The notes: generated from the sequence alone by a model not told the origin. 64,000 nucleotides of DNA from an uncultured cyanobacterium (GCA_963744145.1 CAVUSO010000001.1:4992001-5056000), one strand, 5' to 3'; shown: positions 18,969-29,407, counted from the first letter of the stretch. Translations and numbers: made by a program.

Positions 18969-19066
18969 AAACTTATTTTTCTAGTAATCCGTTCAATTTT
19001 ATCCTCAATTTGCCAATTTCTGTAGGGGCACTCATCGTCCCTGATTCAGTAAATTTATAGCGTAAG

Positions 19067-19420
19067 TACAGCCTATTCCAGGTTTATGAAGTTCATCAAG
19101 GTGATCTGTGGGGCAGGGCGGGTTCATTCAGGTTATTTGTGTGTGGCAAATTCAACGGTGAACCCGCCCCTACAGGGATTCACCAAAAAATCGATCAGGA
19201 TTAGAGGATTACAAGATTAACAGGATTTGTAGGGGCAGGTGAATGAATTTATGATCACAATTAACCGGGATTTGTAGGGGCAGGTTCACCAATCAATTCT
19301 GCTCCAAACAGATAACTATCATAAACCTGCCCAACCAACACAGATCACTCACAAGCGACTTTCACCGATCGCCATTCATGCCAAATCTTACTGTACTTCA
19401 TCAACCTGGAATCTGCTGTA
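19067..19420. mobile_element. MITE with 26-bp TIRs and REP-like internal palindromes
   Basis: Left TACAGCCTATTCCAGGTTTATGAAGT vs right (reverse complement) TACAGCAGATTCCAGGTTGATGAAGT; TA termini; solo TIR-like copies near 10609 and 27643. Confidence 0.8.
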
Positions 19421-19486
19421 TGATATAATTGATAAAAATAGTCATAAAAAACTTATGAGATTAGTTATTACCATAAGGTATAACTT

Positions 19487-19720
19487 ATGAATATCGAACA
19501 AGCAATTTTAGAAAAAATTAGACAACTTCCTCCAGAACAACAACAGGAAGTATTAGATTTTAGTACATTTCTTCAACAAAAAACCTCAATTTCTGCTTCA
19601 TATATGAATCTGAACCCTGAACAAAAATCGGCCAATTGGTTAAAGTAGGTCCAAAGTCATTCTTCTCATAATCCACCATTACCGGATGAAGCCTTACACC
19701 GTGATACCATGTATGACTAA
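19487..19720 (+). pseudogene. DUF2281-like antitoxin with internal stop
   Basis: MNIEQAILEKIRQLPPEQQQEVLDF...WLK*VQSH...LPDEALHRDTMYD; in-frame TAG at 19646. Confidence 0.65.
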
Positions 19721-19769
19721 TGACTCAATATTTACTTGATACAAACATTCTTATCGCGATCGCGATCGC
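19720..19769 (+). pseudogene. PIN/VapC toxin N-terminal stub
   Basis: TAATG-coupled MTQYLLDTNIL; homology apparently ends at tandem HIP1 GCGATCGCGATCGC. Confidence 0.6.
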
Positions 19770-19868
19770 CGTAAAAAGCGTTCATACCGTTGAAACTGGA
19801 CTTTCCAAAATAAATAACACCCAATTCTACTGAATGGATAGAATTGTCAGAAGGGATTTTCATATATA

Positions 19869-20155
19869 GTTCATCAATGTGATCTGTGGGGCAGGGCGGG
19901 TTCATCAATACCTCGACTGCGCTCGGCACAAGGGTTATTTGTGTGTAGCAAATTCAACGGTGAACCCGCCCTTACTAGCTCATAAAAATGTCTAGTCGAT
20001 GAATTTATGATCACAATCAACCAGGATTTGTAGGGGCAGGTTCACCAATCAATTCTGATCCAAACAGATCACGATCATAAACCTGCCCAACCAACACAGA
20101 TCAATCACAAGCGACTTTAACTGTGATCGCCTTCATGCCAAATCTTACTGTACTT
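19869..20155 (+). repeat. Second, TIR-less copy of the MITE interior (~19091-19398)
   Basis: Colinear similarity to the first copy, with an extra 24-nt repeat at 19909-19932. Confidence 0.85.
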
Positions 20156-20886
20156 TTGAAAACCTCTTAACTGCAACTAGAACAGCTAAAAGAGGGAAAA
20201 GATTCCGCGATAGTGTATTAGAATTTAACTATAACCTAGAAACAGAAATCCTTCAACTAAAAGCAGAATTAACAGACCAAACCTACTGTCCAGGCAAATA
20301 TAAAACCTTTGAAATTCTCGAACCAAGACCCCGATTGATCTCAGCAGCTCCCTATCGAGACAGAGTAGTACACCATGGTCTCTGCAACATTATAGTACCA
20401 ATTTTTGAACGTACTTTTATTCACGATTCCTATGCAAATCGCTGTGGATTTGGAACTCATCGTGCCCTACGTCGCTTCACGGAATTTGCTCGTTCTAGTC
20501 GCTACGTTTTACAATGCGATATTAAGAAATATTTTCCTAGCATCGATCATGAAATCTTAAAATCCTTGCTACGGCGCAAATTAAAATGTCAAAATACTCT
20601 GTGGTTACTTGATAAAATTATCGATAATAGCAATGACCAAAATTCACCGATCGATTATTTTCCCGGTGATGATCTATTAACTCCTATCCAACGTAGACGT
20701 GGTTTACCAATTGGCAATTTAACCAGTCAATTTTTCAGGAATGTTTACCTCAACGGTTTTGATCATTTTATCAAAGAACAACTCAAGGTAAAAAAATATA
20801 TTCGTTACCTGGATGATTTTGCTATAGGTAGAACGTTCAAAATTAGTGGTGGTCATCATCTTATTCTCCCTTCTAGTTGGTTTTAA
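20155..20886 (+). pseudogene. Truncated DGR-type reverse transcriptase
   Basis: Open frame [46 protein letters not shown]; no start codon at the expected N-terminus and homology stops just after YLDD. Confidence 0.85.
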
Positions 20887-20940
20887 ACGCTTGGTAATTC
20901 TGCGATCGCACCCTGATCAACAGCCCTAATCTATGGTTAA

Positions 20941-21156
20941 TTACATGGCCATTGAAAACTCATCAACAACCTGGACTTTACCTCTAACAATTAGTCGGAC
21001 TAGACGATTGATCGCGTTTTGGTCTTCGTCACTGATGGACTCGTCTAACAGAGCGGCCATAATCCCGTAGCGATCGGTTTTGGTGATTGTCTGGGTTCTG
21101 GCGACATTGGCGATAATTTCGTTAACTGCACCGGGGAGAATTTTAACTTGAGGCAT
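20941..21156 (-). CDS. Small conserved-looking hypothetical protein
   Basis: ORF similar by eye to 24356-24559. Confidence 0.65.
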   Translation of the reverse strand: MPQVKILPGAVNEIIANVARTQTITKTDRYGIMAALLDESISDEDQNAINRLVRLIVRGKVQVVDEFSMAM

Positions 21157-21343
21157 TTTTTTGTTCCTGTTAGCGAAGCTTGGTTGAGCCATACTTTATG
21201 CTCTGATCATCACCCAGTTTCCTTGGCTGGTATGTGATAGCAGTTTTGTTCAAGCGTGATAGTTTCAGATATACCTAGTGAGAGGCTCTGACTTGCAGCG
21301 TGATTGGTGTCACTGTCTCTCAGTAAAAATACAGTGGTGATTT

Positions 21344-21476
21344 CAATACGGTTCGGTTAAGTGTAGGGGCGAAGCATTCGGGCGATAATTGAACGCTCAA
21401 ACGAGTAATATTAGACCCGAATGCTTCGCCCTTCTTCGTCGATATCTCCCAAAATATTCTTAAACGAACCGTATTG
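21344..21476. mobile_element. 133-bp MITE (Nezha-like architecture) with 18-bp TIR and 10-bp target duplication
   Basis: CAATACGGTTCGGTTAAG ... CTTAAACGAACCGTATTG flanked by GTGGTGATTT on both sides. Confidence 0.9.
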
Positions 21477-22235
21477 GTGGTGATTTGGGGCGATCGTGTT
21501 CGATCTGCAACATTTAATCTGCAAGTAAAGAAACTGTAATAGTATGGGGGGTTAAAAGCTTACGGGGTAATTGTTTTTAGCTACTAGGTGAGAAATGGTA
21601 TGTGTAAGTTAGATGTTTAGTATTTTAAGGAAAGCGATCGCTGGTTTTCCTCTTGGGTCTAGGTCGGTGGCCAGCGATCGCTAATGGATTCGTCAACGAA
21701 GATATAGAAGTGAAACGATTTAGTAATGTTCCACTGGCTTTGAATAGTCGCGATCGCTAGTGCTAAAATAAGAAAAAAAGAGATAATTCTGTCTGAACAT
21801 AATTTAACTGATCAGCATCCCCTCAAGGAAGCGATCGCAGATATATTGCGCGAGATTGAACAAACACCAGAAGAATATTGGCCAAATTTACTTCAGCTCA
21901 TAACACTATTTCGAGAAATTGTGACCATGAAATTGGTATTATGGCAAATATGGATGCTTTGTCAAAAATGATGCCAATATCAGCCGGGAAATCCGGCGAA
22001 AAACATGATTCAGTCGATGACAACAGTTTCACTCTCAGACTTCCTCATTCAACCCAATGTCGAAGTTTACTCCAAGAACCCAATTTAGATCTATGATCTT
22101 TTATAATTATTGGGGTAGTATAACTAATATTAGTGCATCCTCTCCAAGGATACTCGAAAGTCTTATTTAATTCTCAGTATTTTCTCAGACAAGATCATTA
22201 GAATAAATAATTGTTACTATTTTGTCTAAAAAATA

Positions 22236-23249
22236 ATGTTCATGCCAAGAGTTTCATCCCAAGTTTATTTATGGATAGCAGTTATTTTATTTGCTGCTTC
22301 TAACTCATTTGTACGTAAACTAAATGAGATTGGAGAACAACATTTAATATCAGGAAGGAATCCTATTTCCCCTTGTAATATCTTATTTGTTAGTAATATT
22401 TGTGCCTTACTCGTTCTCAGTATAGTTAACTATAATCAACTAAATTTAAAATCATTAAAACAAATTTCGCAGCGAGAATGGCTAGCTTTGGTAGTCGTAG
22501 CTATTTTATCTGGTACATTAACTCCTGGATTTCTTTTTCAAGCTCTAACCTTAACAAAAGTTACCAACATTATTTTGATCGGTCGCATCGAACCTTTATT
22601 AATTTTAGCAATATCAATTTGGTTTTTTAGGGAGGTTATTAATCGATGGGAAATAATAGGAGCTTTCACCTCTTTTCTTGGTGTTATCATTATATTTGGT
22701 TTATCAAGTATAGGTGCGGAAAGTACAATTACTTTTGGTCAGGGTGAATTTTTAATGCTGATTGGATTACTTACTGGAATTATTGGAAATATTATCAGTA
22801 AAATTTACTTAAATAATCTTCCCCCATTTATTCTTACTATTATGCGTATGTTAATAGCAACGATCGCATTTTTTTGGCTTGCTATATATCTTTATGGAAG
22901 TCAACATTTTGCAGAAGCATTTTCACCATTTCTCTGGGAATGGATGCTAGTTTATGGTGCTGTAATTGTAGCTCTTGGGCAATTTTTATGGGCAAAAGGT
23001 ATAAAAGATGCTACTTTATCTGAAGCTTCTTTAGCTGGTTCTTTTAGCCCAATCGTTGGGGTCATATCAGCTTATTTAATCTTAAATGAAAAGCTAATGT
23101 TTTCTGACTATGTCGGAGGATTTGTAATAATTATTGGTTTAGTTTTAAGTCAAATTGGCATTAGACAAAAAACTTTGCTAGTTGAGAGGATAAATACCAT
23201 GAATAATATGAGAGAAGCAGAAATGGGACTTGGCTTTAAAGGAGTTTAG
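22236..23249 (+). CDS. DMT/EamA-family transporter
   Basis: About ten hydrophobic segments in two EamA-like halves. Confidence 0.88.
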   Translation: MFMPRVSSQVYLWIAVILFAASNSFVRKLNEIGEQHLISGRNPISPCNILFVSNICALLVLSIVNYNQLNLKSLKQISQREWLALVVVAILSGTLTPGFLFQALTLTKVTNIILIGRIEPLLILAISIWFFREVINRWEIIGAFTSFLGVIIIFGLSSIGAESTITFGQGEFLMLIGLLTGIIGNIISKIYLNNLPPFILTIMRMLIATIAFFWLAIYLYGSQHFAEAFSPFLWEWMLVYGAVIVALGQFLWAKGIKDATLSEASLAGSFSPIVGVISAYLILNEKLMFSDYVGGFVIIIGLVLSQIGIRQKTLLVERINTMNNMREAEMGLGFKGV

Positions 23250-23311
23250 GACAGCTGCTGTCCCTGACTCGGCTCTACCTCTTACTCAAAATTCATCAAT
23301 ATAACAAATAT

Positions 23312-24349
23312 ATGCTTAAAAAACGTTGGTGGGGTATTCAGCTAGGAAATCGGGCCGCATTCTTCCGGATGACGATTTTAGTAATCATTCTGAGTATCAT
23401 AATTTTGGTGGGATGGTTAGTGATGATTCAGATGCCCGGAAAAAGTTATGATGGTAAAATACCTACTTTAACTCAACCAGAAATTGCTCTGAAAAATAAC
23501 TTACAAACAACGATCCAAAAAATTGCTGGAGAAATCGGTGAGCATAATTATTTATACTACGAGAATTTACTAAAGGTAGCAGATTTTTTCGATACATCTC
23601 TAGTTAAACTCGGTTACAAAATTCAGCGCCAAAACTACGAAGTATCAGGTAAACATTACGATAACATAGAAGTAGAAATTCCTGGTACCGATAAAGCTGA
23701 TGAAATTGTAATTATTGGTGGACATTATGATTCTGTTATGTCAAGTCCTGGCGCTAATGATAATGGGAGTGGTGCTGCTTCAGTTCTCGAATTAGCTCGG
23801 TTTTTTGCAGGTAAAAATATTTCTCGAACTCTCCGTTTTGTTGAGTTTGTGAACGAAGAACCACCGTTTTTTTGGACTGCTGATATGGGTAGCATGGTAT
23901 ATGCAAAACGTTGTCAAACCAGAAAAGAAAAAATCATTGCCATGCTTAGTTTAGAAACAATGGGTTATTATTCTGATCAACCTCATAGTCAGAAATATAT
24001 ATTTCCTTTAAATTTAATTTATCCAGAAACTGGAAACTTTATCGCGTTTATTGGCAATATTGATTCCCATAAATTGGTAAAACAGGTAATATCTTTATTT
24101 CGGAATTATACTCAATTTCCATCACAAGGAGCCGCAATTCCTAGCCGAATGCCCGGTGTAGGATGGTCAGATCATTGGTCTTTTTGGCAATATGGTTATC
24201 CGGCAATTATGGTAACAGATACTGCACCTTTTCGTTATCCTTATTATCATACCAAAAAAGATACTCCCGACAAAATTAATTATGACCGAATGGCTTTAGT
24301 AGTATCTGGTCTAGAAAAAGTAATTTCTGATTTGGTCGAAGTTAAATAA
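23312..24349 (+). CDS. M28 family peptidase
   Basis: GGHYDS, PGANDNGSG, NEEPP, SDH, YYHT..D. Confidence 0.92.
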   Translation: MLKKRWWGIQLGNRAAFFRMTILVIILSIIILVGWLVMIQMPGKSYDGKIPTLTQPEIALKNNLQTTIQKIAGEIGEHNYLYYENLLKVADFFDTSLVKLGYKIQRQNYEVSGKHYDNIEVEIPGTDKADEIVIIGGHYDSVMSSPGANDNGSGAASVLELARFFAGKNISRTLRFVEFVNEEPPFFWTADMGSMVYAKRCQTRKEKIIAMLSLETMGYYSDQPHSQKYIFPLNLIYPETGNFIAFIGNIDSHKLVKQVISLFRNYTQFPSQGAAIPSRMPGVGWSDHWSFWQYGYPAIMVTDTAPFRYPYYHTKKDTPDKINYDRMALVVSGLEKVISDLVEVK

Positions 24350-24355
24350 AATTGC

Positions 24356-24559
24356 TCAATCAATTACTCTTAATAATCCTTGACGTAAACCTTCAAATAC
24401 TTGATCTATTTGCTGGCGATCGGACTCATTTAAAGTATCTTTAGATAATAGTGCGGACATAAATATTCTTTGATCAGCACGAGTAATCCGATGAGTAGTA
24501 AAAATTCTCTCGACAACCGTTTCAATGTTGCTTTTGGTGAGATTTATTTGTTCTTGCAT
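24356..24559 (-). CDS. Small hypothetical protein
   Basis: MQEQINL...ITRADQ..MSALL...VID; resembles 20941-21156. Confidence 0.65.
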   Translation of the reverse strand: MQEQINLTKSNIETVVERIFTTHRITRADQRIFMSALLSKDTLNESDRQQIDQVFEGLRQGLLRVID

Positions 24560-24805
24560 AATCCTGAAGGAAACTCGGGATCTCCTCTTGAGAGTGATTA
24601 AGGAAGGACATCCATGAGGATCTCTGTCCAGCATTCGGAAGGTTAACCAACCGATCGTGATGGGTGTAACCCCTCATGTATAAAACCCCCTTACAAGACT
24701 TTACCCCATATTACTAAGGTGAGAAGTCATGCCCAAGCAACTTTTCTTCTATGGATCTCCTATAATCCATATAGTAAAAGCGATAGAAGAGTGGGAATAA
24801 AGGTT

Positions 24806-25696
24806 TTATGGTTGTCTTTGAGGGGGTGTTTGCAGAAAATTTAATAGTTCCCGATTCACCGTTTGAGGTACTTCCTGCTGAATCCAATGTCCACACTGAG
24901 GGACTAATCTGAGCTGAAAAGGAGCAGAGATCAGACGATCTAGTTTTTCCGTAAATTTTTGCGACAGAAAAGAATCTTCTTCACCCCATAACACTAAAGT
25001 CGGTACAGTAATCGGTAATGGTCGCTGCAAATTGCCGAGCCAAGTTTGTGGTGATAATAATTGACGATAATAGTTCAGTGCGGCAGTAATTACCCCAGGT
25101 TTGGCTAAAGCTTCCTGATACATTTGGGTTTGATCTGCACTAAAAGCACCTTTGCGAATAGCTTCTCCCTGAAACAAATTTTTGACAAATTCTTTTAAAT
25201 TCTGTTGAATCAACCATTCCGGTATTCCCGGAACCTGAAAAGCTAAAACATACCAACTTCGACGTAGTTGATCAACGTTACTCACCAACTCCTGGAAAAA
25301 CTGCTGAGGGTGAGGTGCGTTTAAAATTGCTAATCGATGTAAAGTTTGAGGAAACGTTTGGGCTAAGTGCCAAGCGATCACACCACCCCAATCATGACCG
25401 ACTATATGAGCTTTAGTATAACCTAAGCTGGCAATTAAGCCCCGCACATCGGAACAGAGAGTATCCAAATCATAACCATGAGCTGGTTTATCGGAATCGT
25501 TATAACCTCGCAAATCAGGTACTACGACCTTAAAATAACGAGCTAAAGCTGGGATTTGATAGCGCCACGAATACCAAAATTCGGGAAATCCGTGCAAAAG
25601 TATCACTAAATCCCCTTCTCCTTGGGTGACACAGTGTAAACGAATATGATTAGTTTCTATAAAATTGTGTTGCCATCCAGATTCTTGAGCAGTCAT
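24806..25696 (-). CDS. Alpha/beta hydrolase (epoxide hydrolase-like)
   Basis: LHGFPEFWYSW, GHDWGG, GHWIQQE. Confidence 0.92.
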   Translation of the reverse strand: MTAQESGWQHNFIETNHIRLHCVTQGEGDLVILLHGFPEFWYSWRYQIPALARYFKVVVPDLRGYNDSDKPAHGYDLDTLCSDVRGLIASLGYTKAHIVGHDWGGVIAWHLAQTFPQTLHRLAILNAPHPQQFFQELVSNVDQLRRSWYVLAFQVPGIPEWLIQQNLKEFVKNLFQGEAIRKGAFSADQTQMYQEALAKPGVITAALNYYRQLLSPQTWLGNLQRPLPITVPTLVLWGEEDSFLSQKFTEKLDRLISAPFQLRLVPQCGHWIQQEVPQTVNRELLNFLQTPPQRQP

Positions 25697-25768
25697 AAAT
25701 AATGATGATTAACTCCCTCTAATTTAGTGCCCCATATTCTCTACCCACCAAAGGTGACTCAATTTGGA

Positions 25769-27622
25769 TCATAACAAATAAATAGGAAATTCAATGATCA
25801 ACTCCACTCCTCCCTTGGGTGGAGTTTGAATCGAAATACGACCCTGATGGACTTCCACCACAATTTGATAACTAATTGCTAACCCTAAACCCGTCCCTTT
25901 ACCGATCGGTTTAGTTGTAAAAAATGGGTCGAATATTTTTGTCTTAATTTCATCGGGAATCCCCGGACCATTATCAGCGATCGCTACTCTTACCCAGAAT
26001 TTTCCCGAATCTTCAACTATTTGGGTAGTAATTGTTATCACTTTCTCTGATTGCTCCAAACCTTCTAAAGCATCAACTGCATTACCCAATAAATTCATAA
26101 AAACCTGATTCAGTTGGCTATGGTAACATTCAATTAATGGTAAATTACCGTAGTTTTTGATGACCTGAATTTTGTGCTTTAGCCGATGCTGTAACAATAA
26201 TAAAGTATTATCTAGTCCCTCATGCAAATTCGCGGTCTTTTTTTCGGCTTCATCTAGTCGAGAAAAATTCCGTAACGATAAGACAATCTGACGAATACGT
26301 TCAGCTCCCATCTCCATCGAATTTAGCATTTGTGGTAAATCTTCTTCGATAAATTCTAATTCTATTTCTTCGGCAAATTCCTGAACTTGTGGATTTAATT
26401 GCTCCGAATCAGTTTTAGATAAATTGACCAACTGCATTAATTTTTCTACATATTCTCTCACATAGGTTAAATTCCCATAAATAAAATTCACAGGATTATT
26501 AATTTCATGAGCAACTCCAGCTACCATTACTCCTAAGCTAGACATTTTTTCACTTTGAACTAAACGGGCTTGAGTTTGTTTCAGGCTTACTAAAGTTTGA
26601 TTCAATTCCGTTGCTTGTTGGAAGAGAAGTTGAACTTGTTCTTGAGTTTTTTCAAATAATTGAATCTGTCGCCATGCACCGAACAGCGCGATCGCCATCA
26701 ATATTCCTAAAATTATAGCTAATAAATTCAACGCTGCCAGTTGGGATTCAATATTTTCTCGGGGAATAACTAGAGCAATAGACCAGTTAACTTGCTCAAG
26801 CGGAATATATGCAACATATTTCCCCTTGCCATCGATTTGGATTAATTCAATTCCTTCCTGTTTATTTACCATATTTCTAGCGATCGCGGCGAGAGCGGAA
26901 TTTTTACTTTCGAGAAAACTCTCCGCAGGTTTTTCGATAGTTCCCCTCAACTTAGGATCAGGATGAACGATGATCCTCCCTTCAGAATTAAGAGCAAAAG
27001 CATAACTCCCCACTCCATGCTTGAGTTTACCGACCACATCAACTACTCGATGTATATTAATTGCACCACCAACCAATGCTTTTGGGTGAGAGGTATTCCC
27101 CACCGGTGCACTGATAATTACAGTCACATCTCCTGCACTACGAGTAATGAGAGGATCAGAAACACAAATTTGCCCGGTCATTGATTTTTGGAACCAAATC
27201 CGATCAGAAAGATTATGACCTTGAACAAAATCTACATTAGTTCTATAATAAGAACCATCAGCATAAGTATAAATAAAGTGACTGTAGTCTTTTAGACGTA
27301 CTGCTTCTGATTTTAAATAAGGTCCAGCAATCTCCCAGTTAATAGATTGGGCTTGGGGGGTATTGGCCATCATTTCTACCTCCGCTTTACGCGTAGCTAG
27401 CCATTGATCTATATCATTTACACCGTCTTTAACTTCTAATAGCACCGTTTCCTTTAATCGCTCCAGGATGATTTCCCGCACGATTTGGTAACTGATGAGG
27501 GAAACGCCACTTACTACTAAAACTATTCCTGCCAAAATAATAAAAACTACTAAATAACGTGATTGCCATTTTTCTTGCAGTTCAATTTGCCAGAGAGAGA
27601 GTATTTTTTGCAATTTTACCAT
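25769..27622 (-). CDS. Cache-domain sensor histidine kinase
   Basis: Two TM segments, Cache-like [33 protein letters not shown]. Confidence 0.92.
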   Translation of the reverse strand: MVKLQKILSLWQIELQEKWQSRYLVVFIILAGIVLVVSGVSLISYQIVREIILERLKETVLLEVKDGVNDIDQWLATRKAEVEMMANTPQAQSINWEIAGPYLKSEAVRLKDYSHFIYTYADGSYYRTNVDFVQGHNLSDRIWFQKSMTGQICVSDPLITRSAGDVTVIISAPVGNTSHPKALVGGAINIHRVVDVVGKLKHGVGSYAFALNSEGRIIVHPDPKLRGTIEKPAESFLESKNSALAAIARNMVNKQEGIELIQIDGKGKYVAYIPLEQVNWSIALVIPRENIESQLAALNLLAIILGILMAIALFGAWRQIQLFEKTQEQVQLLFQQATELNQTLVSLKQTQARLVQSEKMSSLGVMVAGVAHEINNPVNFIYGNLTYVREYVEKLMQLVNLSKTDSEQLNPQVQEFAEEIELEFIEEDLPQMLNSMEMGAERIRQIVLSLRNFSRLDEAEKKTANLHEGLDNTLLLLQHRLKHKIQVIKNYGNLPLIECYHSQLNQVFMNLLGNAVDALEGLEQSEKVITITTQIVEDSGKFWVRVAIADNGPGIPDEIKTKIFDPFFTTKPIGKGTGLGLAISYQIVVEVHQGRISIQTPPKGGVELIIEFPIYLL

Positions 27623-27834
27623 TTTTCAAAAATGGGGGTCGTTACAGCCTATTCCAGATTTATGAAGACCATACATCTATAAACTCATTGAGTGTACCAT
27701 ATATATAGGTCATAGGTTGTATTTTCCATGGTCTTCGAGCCTGAAGATCAACCCCCGAAAAGCCATAAAATTGGTATACTAACAAGCATCCAAACAAGAA
27801 ATCCCATAATTAACCTGTCCGAAGGATGGAGCGC

Positions 27835-28095
27835 TCACGACTCACTACAATCATCAATATCCATAGCTATTTTACTTGCTTCTAGTTTTTGCCACAAAGC
27901 TTTGATCTGCTCAAAAGCTTGTTCGGTAGATATTTTACCTCCCGTTTGGAGTGCAGATATGTAGCTAACTTTCTGAGCAAACTCCTGTAAATTGGCATTA
28001 AATGCTAAAGTCTTTGGGTTAAATTTACCATAATATTTACTTCTGGCATATAAAAAACTATCCTTTTTATTTTCGTGGTAATTATCTTGATCCAT
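27835..28095 (-). CDS. Small conserved cyanobacterial protein
   Basis: FLY..YYG.F.P..LAFNANLQEFAQKVSYI..L.TGGK motif. Confidence 0.75.
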   Translation of the reverse strand: MDQDNYHENKKDSFLYARSKYYGKFNPKTLAFNANLQEFAQKVSYISALQTGGKISTEQAFEQIKALWQKLEASKIAMDIDDCSES

Positions 28096-28177
28096 TATTC
28101 AATTTTTACACCCATCTAATGGAAAAAAGTGGCCAAAAAATAAAATTCTTAGCCACATAACAAATTAAACAATTTTT

Positions 28178-29407
28178 TTAGTTTAAAGATTCCAAATAGT
28201 CTCGGACTTGATTACGACGCTTAGGTTGACGCAACTTTTGCAAAGCTTTAGCTTCAATTTGACGTACTCGTTCTCGGGATAAATCTAGAGCACGACCAAT
28301 TTCAGCTAAAGAATAGGGATGACCATCTCCCAACCCAAACCGCATTTGGATTACATCTCGTTCTCGACTGGTTAAATCAGCCAAAAGTTGTTGTAAGTCA
28401 CGGTGTAAAGATTCTCGGACTAAAATTTCTTCCGGAGAAGCATTATCTGTTTCGAGTAAATCACCCAGTTCAGTATCCTTTTCTTTACCAACTTTTGTTT
28501 CCAAAGAAACAGAACGGGGTACACGCAATAATACTTCCCGTACTTGAGCCGCAGTCATATCTAACTCTTTAGCAATATCCTCAATTCCAGGAGTATTACC
28601 TTTTTCTTGAGATAATTTGCGTTGAGCTTTCTTAATTTTGTTCAGTTTTTCCGTAATATGTACTGGTAATCTGATCGTCCGGCTTTGGGTCGCGATCGCC
28701 CGAGTAATTCCTTGACGAATCCACCAGTAAGCGTATGTACTAAACCGATATCCTTTAGTCGGATCGAATTTCTCTACCGCGCGTTCTAAACCAAGAGTAC
28801 CTTCTTGGATCAAATCTAATAATTCTAAGCCTCGATTTTGATACTTTTTCGCCACTGATACCACTAACCGTAGGTTAGCTTTAATCATGTGTTCTTTAGC
28901 TTGAATCCCTTCCGTTTGGACTTGTTCGAGCTCTTCCACCCCCAAACCCACAATTTCCGCCCATCGACGTTTACCTGCGGCTAAAATTGGTTTGAGTTGG
29001 GCTACTAACACTCCCGCAGTATTTGCCCAACGTTCGAGGGAAGGTCTGTGACCTAATTGAGCAGCTAGGCGATCGCGTGATTCAATTAACCTGACATAGG
29101 TTTGAATTTCTCCCTCTTCTTCCTGAGCTGCTAGATTGCGTTGCTCCAACAACCGCATATAGCGCTTGACCTTTTGCGCTTCGGAAACTTCCTCGTCTCG
29201 TCCTAGCAAGCGAACTCGACCAATTTCTTGCAGATATAAACGCACCAGATCAGTAGTGCGACGGCTGTTGCTTTTAGACAAGCTGACAGCATCTGGGGAT
29301 TCTATCTCCTCGATCTCGATCAACTCCTCAATTGGTTCTAATGTGGGACAGACATCTTGTCTGTCATAGTCTTCTATTTCAGGATCAAAAAATGATTTTG
29401 CTAGCAT
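28178..29407 (-). CDS. sigC: Group 2 RNA polymerase sigma factor, SigC type
   Basis: RRTTDLVRLYLQEIGRV, ANLRLVVSVAKKY, FSTYAYWWIRQ, region 4 SRERVRQIE. Confidence 0.88.
   Translation of the reverse strand: MLAKSFFDPEIEDYDRQDVCPTLEPIEELIEIEEIESPDAVSLSKSNSRRTTDLVRLYLQEIGRVRLLGRDEEVSEAQKVKRYMRLLEQRNLAAQEEEGEIQTYVRLIESRDRLAAQLGHRPSLERWANTAGVLVAQLKPILAAGKRRWAEIVGLGVEELEQVQTEGIQAKEHMIKANLRLVVSVAKKYQNRGLELLDLIQEGTLGLERAVEKFDPTKGYRFSTYAYWWIRQGITRAIATQSRTIRLPVHITEKLNKIKKAQRKLSQEKGNTPGIEDIAKELDMTAAQVREVLLRVPRSVSLETKVGKEKDTELGDLLETDNASPEEILVRESLHRDLQQLLADLTSRERDVIQMRFGLGDGHPYSLAEIGRALDLSRERVRQIEAKALQKLRQPKRRNQVRDYLESLN

Noticed and set aside
19000..20900. Functional DGR, retron or group II intron
   Set aside because: The RT is truncated at both ends; no avd, template repeat, msr/msd or intron domain V was recognised; the upstream duplicated blocks differ by indels and non-adenine changes, so they are not a TR/VR pair
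21633..21682. Hairpin AGCGATCGCTGG...CCAGCGATCGCT as an ncRNA
   Set aside because: The stem is mostly two HIP1 palindromes; there is no other support
21790..22096. Small ORFs (72-aa track ORF; an antitoxin-like fragment EIEQTPEEYWPNLLQ in another frame)
   Set aside because: No clear start or family assignment; probably a remnant
24560..24720. Possible riboswitch upstream of the small gene
   Set aside because: I could not match it to any consensus I know, such as glnA or c-di-GMP; an Rfam scan is needed
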